A stretch of 64,000 bases of DNA from Candidatus Babeliales bacterium (GTDB taxonomy: Bacteria; Babelota; Babeliae; Babelales; JANWKD01). Position numbers and translations under genes: made by a program. The notes beneath the pieces are model-generated. The model was not told where the DNA came from. It saw nothing but the letters and a program-made list of their open reading frames with translations, and made no database searches. Shown in pieces: positions 29,041 to 38,548 of this stretch; the stretch's first letter is position 1, and every line of letters begins with the position of its first letter. Location: positions 648,467-712,466 of the forward strand of contig CAVRJO010000002.1 in assembly GCA_963722255.1 (NCBI GenBank). Direction: 5' to 3'.

Positions 29041-31125
29041 TTACTGGTCGTTGCGTACGCTCGCTTGTATCTCACTAATCTTATGTTGTAGTTCAAGCAC
29101 AAATAGATCAGTAGAAAGTGGCGTAACTTCAACTCCATAGTCCCATGGCCAATCTGCTGGGTTACGAGATTCTTCAAGACGAGATATACGATTAAACCAT
29201 GCACCATCATGAAATTGTGCAACCTCGCCTATAAGATTAAAATCTTCTATAGTTTTAAATTTTGAAAGTAATAATGCAGGAAGATGATAGGCGTAAATCC
29301 CATTTTTTATAAGCCATGAATAATGGCAATAAAAATCATTATTAAATGTCGCAAGGATTATTGGCCTTTTACAAGAACTTAAACCTGCAAGAAACCCTTT
29401 GTAAAACCAGGTATGAGGTAAATGAATATCATAAACACCAATAAGTAGATTCGGTAACTTTTTAATAATATGATTTTTAATAATAAGTCCGATTTCATAG
29501 GCCTTTTTTTGCAAGACGGTAAAATAATAGTCAAATAAATTATTTTTCAGCAAATAGGCAATTCGAGCAGGTATATCATTGATTTTATGGCATGCTTTAT
29601 TTCGATATACATCACAAAATACGTGCCACGCTAAGTCTGAAAAATCCATACACGTAAGATAATGGCCCGCCTGATCTTGAGCATGATACATTTCTAAGTC
29701 AATGAAAATTCCCGCTAAAGGAATGCCATGAGAAATGGATGGCCATTGCGCAATGAGTTTATCAAAAACATCTAACAACTCCTTTTTCCAAAAATTTTCA
29801 AAATCAAGCGGAGAGGGAATTTTTGTATATACCTGTGCATAACAATCCACAGCAGGATTTTTTACGCTGGTGTTTAAATAATTGCATGTTACTTCAGTCC
29901 CCACGAAAAATTTAGGAATTTGTTGCGTTTCTGAAAGTTTTTGCAACTTTTCTGTTACCAAGCTAATACGTTGCAAGAAATCATTTTTTTCTTTTTTTTT
30001 CAACCCTGATTGAGCCAAATAGCATTCAGGATTCATTTGAAACCAAATAAGATTCAATTTAGAGTCAACAACTGATTTTACTGCCAGATCTTTAGTGTAT
30101 ACATCTAACACACCCCAACCACACCAGAGTAAATCTCGTTCTACCCAGTCATATAATGGTTGCTCAATATGTGAAGAACGCTGAGCTCGTAATCTTTTTT
30201 TTGCATTAAGCAAATACTCTTTTGAAAAGGTACGTGGTAGATTTAATGGAGGTGCAGAAGATGTTCTTGACAATTTTCCAACGACACAAACTCTATACAA
30301 CTCATATAAAAGCTGCTGTAACTCTTTTAATCGATCAAATCGCAGATTAAACTCAAGAGGATTATATATAAAATTTTCACCAATATCAGAAAACAACATC
30401 AAACTTTCTTTAGTAATCAAATAATGTTTACCAGTTTTTTGTTCAGCACAATACCATGCCAAAGGAGGCAAAGAATGGTATCTATGAAATGGCAAATGGC
30501 CAGCTATAATCGTATCTGTTGTTTCATCAACACAATTTGGTATTTTTAATTTTGTTTTACACTCAACATAATTTTCATTCTTTTCATGCTTTGTAAGCAA
30601 TGTTGTGTGGTAGTGAATACTTCGCTTGCTATCAGATTGCATAAGCTCTTGCAAAAAACTACATAATGATTTTTTTATTGCTTTATCAGTTTCAAAAATA
30701 GGCAATGTCAATTCTAACGCATTCTTACATGAACTTTTTATAGTATCTCCCATCCTTGATGGCAACATAAATCCTAAAAGCCTATTCTTTTTTTTGCTCA
30801 ACATCGACAACAAAGAAACAATTTTTTGTGTAATTAGACTTGCTTTTTCAATTGTTTCTTTGTTTTTATTATAGTCTCCAACAAAGTGGCTATCGAGATT
30901 CACAAAAACACAACCATATGAATCAATTGCATTTGGACAAATATTGTAAAAGCTTTTTACTTCAGCTTTAAATCCAACAGATTTGACAAGCTCAAGAAAA
31001 TTTTTATATATATATGGATCATTAAAACCAGTATCAATAATAAGCATTCGATCATATGCACCAAATAGGTGTGTACCATGAGCCATACTTATAAATACAT
31101 ACAGTAGTCGTATTTTTATGTTCAA
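29041..31125 (-). CDS. Large secreted hypothetical protein
   Basis: 694-aa ORF with signal-like N-terminus; no family recognised. Confidence 0.7.
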   Translation of the reverse strand: MNIKIRLLYVFISMAHGTHLFGAYDRMLIIDTGFNDPYIYKNFLELVKSVGFKAEVKSFYNICPNAIDSYGCVFVNLDSHFVGDYNKNKETIEKASLITQKIVSLLSMLSKKKNRLLGFMLPSRMGDTIKSSCKNALELTLPIFETDKAIKKSLCSFLQELMQSDSKRSIHYHTTLLTKHEKNENYVECKTKLKIPNCVDETTDTIIAGHLPFHRYHSLPPLAWYCAEQKTGKHYLITKESLMLFSDIGENFIYNPLEFNLRFDRLKELQQLLYELYRVCVVGKLSRTSSAPPLNLPRTFSKEYLLNAKKRLRAQRSSHIEQPLYDWVERDLLWCGWGVLDVYTKDLAVKSVVDSKLNLIWFQMNPECYLAQSGLKKKEKNDFLQRISLVTEKLQKLSETQQIPKFFVGTEVTCNYLNTSVKNPAVDCYAQVYTKIPSPLDFENFWKKELLDVFDKLIAQWPSISHGIPLAGIFIDLEMYHAQDQAGHYLTCMDFSDLAWHVFCDVYRNKACHKINDIPARIAYLLKNNLFDYYFTVLQKKAYEIGLIIKNHIIKKLPNLLIGVYDIHLPHTWFYKGFLAGLSSCKRPIILATFNNDFYCHYSWLIKNGIYAYHLPALLLSKFKTIEDFNLIGEVAQFHDGAWFNRISRLEESRNPADWPWDYGVEVTPLSTDLFVLELQHKISEIQASVRNDQ

Positions 31126-31164
31126 AATATTCCTTAGAAACGGGTCGCAAATAACAACAATCTA

Positions 31165-31542
31165 TTAGACTTCACAACTTCTGCAAAGCTCAATAATTTT
31201 TATTATAAGCTCTTCTTGACGCGCTTTAGATAATCCAGAACGAGTTATTACATGAGCAAGATTATTAATCCCATTTAAAATATTATATGCATTTTGTTTA
31301 GCTTCCGGAATATTATGAGGATCCATAAAAAGTTTTACAAAATTAACGACAATACCAACAAAGTTGGTAAACATGAGATAATCTCTATCTTTTTCCGAAA
31401 GAGGCTTTTGTATTTCTGCACTCATACTGCTATTTTTTGACAATACCAAATTTTTAGGAGCACTGGTTCTTGATCGAGGTGCAGCAACAATAAGAGCTGG
31501 AAAGAAAAAGAGAAAAACAAAATGGATCATTACTTTTTTCAT
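31165..31542 (-). CDS. Secreted hypothetical protein
   Basis: RBS, signal peptide. Confidence 0.65.
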   Translation of the reverse strand: MKKVMIHFVFLFFFPALIVAAPRSRTSAPKNLVLSKNSSMSAEIQKPLSEKDRDYLMFTNFVGIVVNFVKLFMDPHNIPEAKQNAYNILNGINNLAHVITRSGLSKARQEELIIKIIELCRSCEV

Positions 31543-31610
31543 AAATACCCCTTTTTACATGGATTTTTTTATTTACTTTAAAAAGTAGATGATTTAAAAG
31601 TCAAGAATGC

Positions 31611-31892
31611 TTATTCTTTATGAAAAATCTTTCGCAATTCAACTTTTGCTTGCTCTAACCTTTGTCTATCAGTATCAGCAAGCTTTTTTCCAGCGCGATT
31701 AATATAAAAATTAAGCATGGACATCGCAGATTGAAATTTTGTACCTTTGGTTCTATTGCTTTCTAAGACAGCCTTTTTTAAACCTTGTGCGATAGTTTTT
31801 GAAGAACGGGTAAAAAGACCTTCGGGAATATCCATGGCAAATGAAGTTTCTTGTACCTTTTTTACCCACAGCTTTTTCTTTGATTTAACCAT
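31611..31892 (-). CDS. DUF3175-like small basic protein
   Basis: FQSAMSMLNFYINRAGK.L...RLEQAK.ELR signature. Confidence 0.8.
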   Translation of the reverse strand: MVKSKKKLWVKKVQETSFAMDIPEGLFTRSSKTIAQGLKKAVLESNRTKGTKFQSAMSMLNFYINRAGKKLADTDRQRLEQAKVELRKIFHKE

Positions 31893-32015
31893 GCTACTTT
31901 CATTAAAATCTATACATACATCATGAGCTTTATATATATCCTATAATGTTCATACTAAAATATGGTATAGTTCAACTAATAACCATAAAATACTGTAGAA
32001 TGAAATAGCAAAGCA

Positions 32016-32729
32016 ATGCAAAAAATCAAAAAGCTTTTTCCCTTAATTACTACAAAGAAACTAACTTTATTGCTCATTATAATTGCCCTTATTGGTCTTT
32101 ATTTTTGTTATATTCATCCCTATGCTTCGTTTGAAAACTTCAAAAAAAACATAGAGATCATTGAGAAATTTGTTGCGCTACATTATTATAGTGCGCTACT
32201 TATTTACTGCTCTACCTACATCATTGTAGTTGCGCTCTCATTGCCTGTAGCATTATTAATGTCTCTTATAGGCGGATTTTTATTTGGTAGCTTTTTTGGA
32301 GCATTTTTAGTTACTCTCAGTGCTACACTTGGTGCAACAGTCGCATTTCTTATTGTACGCTATGTGGCAGGAAACTATTTTCAGAATCGCTACAAAAAAG
32401 AACTGATTACCTTTAATCGTGAAATTGCACATTATGGAATATTTTATTTAATTTTAGTGCACTTTTTTCCGTTCATACCTTTTTTTGTCATCAATATTCT
32501 CAGTGCACTAACTAAAATATCGGTACTAACGTTTATTATTACAACAGCTCTGGGAATAGCACCCATTACACTTCTGTACACAACCATTGGTCATCAACTT
32601 GCAATGATTGAAACCTACCCAACCTATATAGTAAAAATCCTCGTGCTTCTTACATTTATTGCTCTATTACTTTTAGGTATTTTTATTATAGTACGAAAAA
32701 TAAAAGCAAAAAAAGACGAAAAAAAATAG
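32016..32729 (+). CDS. TVP38/DedA (VTT domain) membrane protein
   Basis: SLIGGFLFG, SATLGATVAFLIVRY, PFIPFFVIN. Confidence 0.88.
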   Translation: MQKIKKLFPLITTKKLTLLLIIIALIGLYFCYIHPYASFENFKKNIEIIEKFVALHYYSALLIYCSTYIIVVALSLPVALLMSLIGGFLFGSFFGAFLVTLSATLGATVAFLIVRYVAGNYFQNRYKKELITFNREIAHYGIFYLILVHFFPFIPFFVINILSALTKISVLTFIITTALGIAPITLLYTTIGHQLAMIETYPTYIVKILVLLTFIALLLLGIFIIVRKIKAKKDEKK

Positions 32730-32893
32730 TAGGTCTTTTTTTAAAAAAATAGGTTTTTGTCTCTTATGAAACATTGAATAGAAATGGAATATTTTTAATA
32801 AAGGTATTGCATGCCCAACATCTTTATAAAAAAAATCTTAATTAAAAGGAATTAGGGTTATAGGGATTTTATAGCAGAAAAATACCTAAGATA

Positions 32894-33646
32894 TTATCTG
32901 CTGCTTTTTAAATCTTGAATATACGTTTCAAATAAATGTTCATAAGGAATAAAAAAAGTGTCACCACTTTTTATCTCATTTTTTATTGAGCTATCATAAT
33001 ATTCTAATGCTTTAATTGCAGCATCTTTGTTATTCAATTTTTGCAAAACCAAGTCATGTATCTTTTTATCATGAAGTTTACCAAAATACTGTTTTACTTT
33101 TATTTGTAATGGATCAAGCAGTATAAATTCGGATATCCCAACAATAACACATACCATGAGAATTCGAATCCAGATGCTTTGCTTTTTTAAAGCAGTCTTA
33201 CCAAGAATCCAATATATAAGGAGCAGTAAAAGCAATGAAATGACAATAAACGCATAGTTAATAATGGTAAAACTAGTTGGAGTAACTCCATGTTTTAAAA
33301 GCAACAAATTACGTCCAATCAAAAAAAGCTGTTGGTCTTCAGGCAGTTGAAAAAACCATTCAGGGTTTATGATAAGTAAAGGATTTTTTGTGAATGGATT
33401 CATTGTGTAACCAGCAAATTTATTCCAAGGATTAATCTCAATTCCGGCTTTTTTGGGCACCACAACCTCATAATCAGAAGTAAAATCAACGTCTTTGGCA
33501 GCTTTTTCTACCAGAGAAACCACATTTTCCGGTGCTTGCATAGAATAAGCATCTTCTTGAAAAGGTATATTCTTTGCTTGAGCAGTTGTTATAACCATCA
33601 TTCCGACAAGAATGCTCCCTAGAATATTCTTTTTTATAGTAATCAT
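32894..33646 (-). CDS. Degenerate M48-peptidase-like membrane protein lacking HEXXH
   Basis: DQQLFLIGRNLLLLK aligns with the neighbour's GEQRFLIGHELVHI; two TM helices. Confidence 0.6.
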   Translation of the reverse strand: MITIKKNILGSILVGMMVITTAQAKNIPFQEDAYSMQAPENVVSLVEKAAKDVDFTSDYEVVVPKKAGIEINPWNKFAGYTMNPFTKNPLLIINPEWFFQLPEDQQLFLIGRNLLLLKHGVTPTSFTIINYAFIVISLLLLLLIYWILGKTALKKQSIWIRILMVCVIVGISEFILLDPLQIKVKQYFGKLHDKKIHDLVLQKLNNKDAAIKALEYYDSSIKNEIKSGDTFFIPYEHLFETYIQDLKSSR

Positions 33647-34449
33647 AAATTCCTTTCATTATTTTTAAGATGCAAACAATATGTTCTTCGTTCATGACAT
33701 GAGGGATGATCAGAAAACAATCCATAATAAGCATTATGCAAGGGCATATTAAACTCTTTTTGCCAGCGATCAATAATCTTGAGTGCTCCATCATAGACTT
33801 TCAGAGTAGCAAGAGCTCTAGAATCAGCAACCCATTCAATATACCGTTTATAAGCAAAACTACCAAGGACTGGAAATAAACAACCTACATAAACTAAACA
33901 ACAGAAAGTCAGCAGTGCAAATTGACGACTGTTCCTAAAAGTAATAAGACTTTGAATAAAAGAAATAAAGGGTTTTTTTGTAAACCAATAAAACAGAATC
34001 AAAAACAACCAAAAACTATATACTATCAAATTCAAATACTGCGTATGATGCTCTTGAATATGTACAAGCTCATGACCTATTAAAAAGCGCTGTTCTCCTT
34101 CTGATAGATCTTCAAAAAACCCTTCGCTGACAAATAAAAATGGCGTGCTGCAAAGAGGCAAGAAGTTAAGAAAATTATAAAAATAGACAAAGGCATTACA
34201 GTAGCCAAACTGTAGCAAAGCAGTACGGTTCATTTTGCGTATGATAAACTCTTGGTCTATTTTCATTTCTTGCGCTATGAGCCTAATTTTTTCTTCTCTT
34301 TCAGCACTCAATGCCTGTGTACCAAATCTTTGCTGAGCCTGCTTTATCGCATAATCATAGACATATTGTGCAAGGTAGCTCTTAAAATAAAAGGCTCCAA
34401 GCATCAAAGATAGAGTAAATAATAGTAAAATTGTGTTTGTTCTTATCAT
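33643..34449 (-). CDS. M48-family zinc metallopeptidase
   Basis: GHELVH, EWVAD, FSDHPSCHERR. Confidence 0.85.
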   Translation of the reverse strand: MIRTNTILLLFTLSLMLGAFYFKSYLAQYVYDYAIKQAQQRFGTQALSAEREEKIRLIAQEMKIDQEFIIRKMNRTALLQFGYCNAFVYFYNFLNFLPLCSTPFLFVSEGFFEDLSEGEQRFLIGHELVHIQEHHTQYLNLIVYSFWLFLILFYWFTKKPFISFIQSLITFRNSRQFALLTFCCLVYVGCLFPVLGSFAYKRYIEWVADSRALATLKVYDGALKIIDRWQKEFNMPLHNAYYGLFSDHPSCHERRTYCLHLKNNERNL

Positions 34450-34530
34450 GATAAGTTTAATGATAGCATGTTTTTATTAAAAAAAAAGTTATTTCTTTTT
34501 GAAACATTGAAAATAGAATATAGGCAAAAA

Positions 34531-34558
34531 CTGGGCAATCTAAAGATTGTCAGCCCAG
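34531..34558. terminator. Putative terminator hairpin downstream of the AAA-ATPase gene
   Basis: CTGGGCAATCT-AA-AGATTGTCAGCCCAG, followed on the minus strand by TTTTT. Confidence 0.45.
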
Positions 34559-34614
34559 AGCATTAATCATAATATTGTTTACAATTTGTAACAAAATAAT
34601 AAATCTTAAGCTTC

Positions 34615-36168
34615 CTAAAGAGCCTCCTGAACAAAATCTATATGCATCTTTTTTTTGACCTGATTAAATGCTAATCCAACCAGAACAACAGCTCTTTCCT
34701 TATGCAAAAAACGTTCATAGTAACCGCGATCTTTAATTTGCTTAAGAGCAATCTCAGGAGAACTATTTATTTTTAACTCAAATAAATAATCATGCGTCTT
34801 TGTACTTACTACCATATCTATACGTCCTTTATTTGTTAAAAATTCTGATTGAGCTTCAAGTGATAAGAGACTTAATAAAAATTGAAACAAAGCATGATAA
34901 TAATCCTCTTTATCAATCGTATAGGGAACATGCGCAAAAAGTGTTTGTAGTACTGCACAAAATTGTGTAATATCATTATTTCTTAATGCATCTACAAGTT
35001 GTAAACCTAATGTATCCAGAACAATCCTAGAAGTATGAGCAAGAGATGTTACCAAAAATCGTGTAAAAGATAGTTCGACTTCACGATCGGGAAAATTAAT
35101 CTTTAATTTACCTGTTTTTTCATCATAATCTTTGATTGTTAGATACCCAGTTTGAAATAATAAAGGAACCAAAGGGATATTTTCTAAATCAAAATTGCCT
35201 AAACTGTCTTGATCGATTTCAGTCTGGTTAATCTTTTCAAGATATGTGTAATGTTGCCTTAATAAGTGTATAAGAAAAGAAGGCGTCCCTGATTCAAACC
35301 AGTAATTATAAAACTCCTTATCATGCAAACAATAAAGCACAGAGAATGGATTATAGACCATTTGGGGTATTTTGGAAAATCTATAGCCATTATACCATCG
35401 CTGTAGTTCCTGCAATATAACCTGTGTAGAAACATTATTTTTTTGCGCAAGAGCTTCAAGATATGGTTTAAAATTCTCCTGAATTTCTTCTTGTGTATAG
35501 CCTAAAACAGCAGCTGCTTCAGGTTTTAACGTAAGATCATTTAAGTTATTTATACCTGAAAAAAGAGATGTTTTTGAAAATCTACTGACTCCGGTTAAAA
35601 ATACAACTTTAAGATAAGGATCAAGTCCTTTTATAGCATCATAAAAACTTTTTAGAACAGCACGTTGCTTCTTTGCTCTTTCTATAGAATGAAGATGATC
35701 AAGAATGGGCTTATCATATTCATCAATGAGAATCACCACTTTATTTTTTTTTGATAGCTCAACAACTAATTGTTCTAACATCGAACCCAGCGTAGGAGGC
35801 CAATCAATGTTTATGCCATATTTTTGCGCAATTGTTTTTAACTTCCACGCAAGGCTTATTTTTAACTCTTGGACGGTTTCATGATCAATAATCGAAAAAT
35901 CAAGATGTATTACCGGATGTTCCTGCCACTCAAAATCAGATTTATAAATCCATAACCCTTCGAATAATTTTTTGTTTCCTAAAAAGAGTTCTTTTAGGGT
36001 TGAGATGAGCAATGATTTTCCAAATCGTCGCGGTCGTGATAAGAAAAAGTACCTTCCACCTCGCGCAAAGAGGTTGTATATATATTCCGTCTTATCCACA
36101 TAAAGATAGTTACCTGAAATCATCGTTTCAAAGGTACTTACATCGAGCGGCAAATATTTATTTTTCAT
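34615..36168 (-). CDS. AAA-ATPase-like protein with C-terminal PD-(D/E)XK nuclease domain
   Basis: YVDKT, LSRPRRFGKSL, ILIDEYDKP, NYWFESGTP, GRIDMVV...FELK. Confidence 0.92.
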   Translation of the reverse strand: MKNKYLPLDVSTFETMISGNYLYVDKTEYIYNLFARGGRYFFLSRPRRFGKSLLISTLKELFLGNKKLFEGLWIYKSDFEWQEHPVIHLDFSIIDHETVQELKISLAWKLKTIAQKYGINIDWPPTLGSMLEQLVVELSKKNKVVILIDEYDKPILDHLHSIERAKKQRAVLKSFYDAIKGLDPYLKVVFLTGVSRFSKTSLFSGINNLNDLTLKPEAAAVLGYTQEEIQENFKPYLEALAQKNNVSTQVILQELQRWYNGYRFSKIPQMVYNPFSVLYCLHDKEFYNYWFESGTPSFLIHLLRQHYTYLEKINQTEIDQDSLGNFDLENIPLVPLLFQTGYLTIKDYDEKTGKLKINFPDREVELSFTRFLVTSLAHTSRIVLDTLGLQLVDALRNNDITQFCAVLQTLFAHVPYTIDKEDYYHALFQFLLSLLSLEAQSEFLTNKGRIDMVVSTKTHDYLFELKINSSPEIALKQIKDRGYYERFLHKERAVVLVGLAFNQVKKKMHIDFVQEAL

Positions 36169-36409
36169 TCTTTACTCTTTAAAAATGTCTTTATTACATA
36201 AAGGTTTGATTACAGTATATAACAAGAGCTCTCATAAAGTATATACGCTCCCCTGTAGCTCTCAACAATGTACAAATCGAAAAAAATGTCACAGATTTGC
36301 TATTTTATTAATTTTTTTAAATATTTACAAATTGAAACTATTTTTGGTATGCTTAGTATAGAATTGGGTGTTTTATGCCCTTAAAAAGATTAATTTCATG
36401 GAGATTTGT

Positions 36410-37234
36410 ATGAAAAACCATTATTCAATAAAAAAAATAAGTATATTAATTGTTATGTTCGTAAGCTTTCAAGCGTATGCGCAACAAAGAGTACGTTCAG
36501 CGGGAAGAGCATATGTAGGAAAGTATGTTCGTCCTAATTCAAAATCATCATTACGCTATTTTGCAACCAGTCCTGAAAGAAGATGTATAACCGGAACAAA
36601 AACAACAACGCCTTCATCTGCAAAATCGCTCACTCCTAAACGAGAACTTTCAATTGGCCAAATTGGAACAGGTCTTTGGAAAAAAGCACGATGGGGTTTC
36701 ACATCACGTGAAGATAAAAAGACTGAACTATTTACTGCTTTGGCATCTAATATACTACATAGAAATGCTGATAATTCTCTTACATCAATTATAAATCTTT
36801 TTAAATCGGAAGATTTGCTTAATGAACCACAAACAGAAGGTCATGCTTTAACCCCTTTAGATTTAACACCTTTAGCATTTGCAATCGAATTCAGTAGCAA
36901 TAGTGATACTGACTACCAAAAAAACCTAATCGACGCACTTGTTGAAAATGGTGCTCAACTTCATGGCACCAAAGAACTTGACTTAGCATTTAAACATTAT
37001 AATTTAGGTGCAATTCAAGCATTACTTCCTTATTACTCTGAAAGTGCTCTTTCTGATTTTTATTCAAGAGTAAGAAAATCAATCGAAGCTCAAGAGAAAG
37101 AACTCGATATGGCTCAGGGCATTAATTATAAGAAATTACTACAAAAGAGAATCACAAAACTTAAAAGAATTGAACAATTACTTGAAACCAAAACGACCTT
37201 TTTCCCGTTTGAAAAAGAAAGTGAACTAAAATAA
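36410..37234 (+). CDS. Secreted protein with basic Ser/Thr-rich N-region and ankyrin-like segment
   Basis: ATG after GGAG; signal ending AYA; LTPLAFAI...LVENGA. Confidence 0.7.
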   Translation: MKNHYSIKKISILIVMFVSFQAYAQQRVRSAGRAYVGKYVRPNSKSSLRYFATSPERRCITGTKTTTPSSAKSLTPKRELSIGQIGTGLWKKARWGFTSREDKKTELFTALASNILHRNADNSLTSIINLFKSEDLLNEPQTEGHALTPLDLTPLAFAIEFSSNSDTDYQKNLIDALVENGAQLHGTKELDLAFKHYNLGAIQALLPYYSESALSDFYSRVRKSIEAQEKELDMAQGINYKKLLQKRITKLKRIEQLLETKTTFFPFEKESELK

Positions 37235-37264
37235 GTAATTACTCTTTAAAAAAAGGAATAGATT

Positions 37265-37651
37265 ATGGAAATCTCAAAAAAACTCATTGTAAGCATTATA
37301 CTACTTGCATCTTTCATTAATGCATACGGAGTGCGCATTACCAATAAAGGCACTCAAACAATAACAGTAAAAATTGATGCATATGTAGATTTATCAGACA
37401 TATACATTTCTACTCAAACAGTAGCTAATCTAAAACCTGGCCAAACAGTCGAAAGAGAAATAAGAGGAAAGTATATTTATATTCTTCAAGGATTAGGAAA
37501 GGCTTCTCTTATTCCAATAACTAATGGAATAACCACAGGAGAGAATTACGGTAAGTTCATTCTTCCACCGCGCACTGACATTATTGAGTTTAATTCGCAA
37601 CCAGATCCAAAAAACAGTAAGAATTTACAATGGTCTATTACTACCAAATAA
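37265..37651 (+). CDS. Small secreted beta-rich protein, family member 5
   Basis: ITNKGTQTITVKID, LKPGQT, PDPKNSKNLQWSI. Confidence 0.75.
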   Translation: MEISKKLIVSIILLASFINAYGVRITNKGTQTITVKIDAYVDLSDIYISTQTVANLKPGQTVEREIRGKYIYILQGLGKASLIPITNGITTGENYGKFILPPRTDIIEFNSQPDPKNSKNLQWSITTK

Positions 37652-37717
37652 TACCCAATAAATGAATTTATTTAATTGTATGCCTTAAAAACTATTTTAA
37701 AAAAAAGGGAATATGTT

Positions 37718-38152
37718 ATGAAAACTTCAATAAAACTCATTGTAATCATTATACTCATTGCTTCTTTTACAAATGCATATGGAGCCCGCTACTATATTAC
37801 CAATAAAGGAGCTCAAACAGTAACGGTAAAGCTTGACGTTGTTGAAAGAGATGAAGATTTCGAAGTATATTATTTTACCTTAACAGCAGATAATTTAAGA
37901 CATGGCCAAACGGTAGAAAGAGATGCCGGTGGCGGTAAATATGTTAACGTCGTATATCTTCTTCCGGCAGGTTCTGGAAAGTTGCCACTTTTGCCAGTAA
38001 CAAATGGCATGAAAAACTCTGGAGATAAATTTGGTAAGCTTGCCCAATCACTAGACAAAGACCATAAAGATTACACTATTGATGTAATTTCAAAGCCTGA
38101 CCCAAATAATCCAAAAAACTTATTATGGACTATTGATGCAAAACCAAAATAA
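37718..38152 (+). CDS. Small secreted beta-rich protein, family member 6
   Basis: ITNKGAQTVTVKLD, AGGG, VYLLP, PDPNNPKNLLWTI. Confidence 0.75.
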   Translation: MKTSIKLIVIIILIASFTNAYGARYYITNKGAQTVTVKLDVVERDEDFEVYYFTLTADNLRHGQTVERDAGGGKYVNVVYLLPAGSGKLPLLPVTNGMKNSGDKFGKLAQSLDKDHKDYTIDVISKPDPNNPKNLLWTIDAKPK

Positions 38153-38165
38153 GGCATAGTGTAAT

Positions 38166-38540
38166 TTACAATTCTGTATATTTAAGTGTTTTGCCTTTTG
38201 ATTTTTCAACCGGATATTTTTTGCCATTCAATGCCATTTTTTCATGGACAGCTTGTGATAAATCAATGTTGTTGGTAACGCAAAATTCTAGAAGTAGAAT
38301 TGCAACATCTGCAACCTCTTGCTCTATTTCTTTGCGCTTAGTTTCAAAAACTTTGTGCGATTCGGATGATTCAACCCAAAGAAAATGTTCCATCAATTCA
38401 GCAGCTTCACATGAAAGTGCCATGCTTACATTTTTGGGCGAATGGAATTGAACCCACTCACGCTCTTGCATAAAGTCATTAATAAATTTCTTGAGATTGG
38501 TAATAGTAGTATTCTGATCGTGCATAGAATAATCCTTCAT
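38166..38540 (-). CDS. MazG-like nucleotide pyrophosphohydrolase (DCTPP1-like)
   Basis: REWVQFHSPKN, EAAELMEHFLW, EVADV, KKYPVEK. Confidence 0.9.
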   Translation of the reverse strand: MKDYSMHDQNTTITNLKKFINDFMQEREWVQFHSPKNVSMALSCEAAELMEHFLWVESSESHKVFETKRKEIEQEVADVAILLLEFCVTNNIDLSQAVHEKMALNGKKYPVEKSKGKTLKYTEL

Positions 38541-38548
38541 GCAAAAAA

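Noticed and set aside
31165..31180. CaaX in ...CRSCEV (also ...GNCES at 22046 and ...CEVCG at 13591)
   Set aside because: Cys is not at position -4 from the C-terminus
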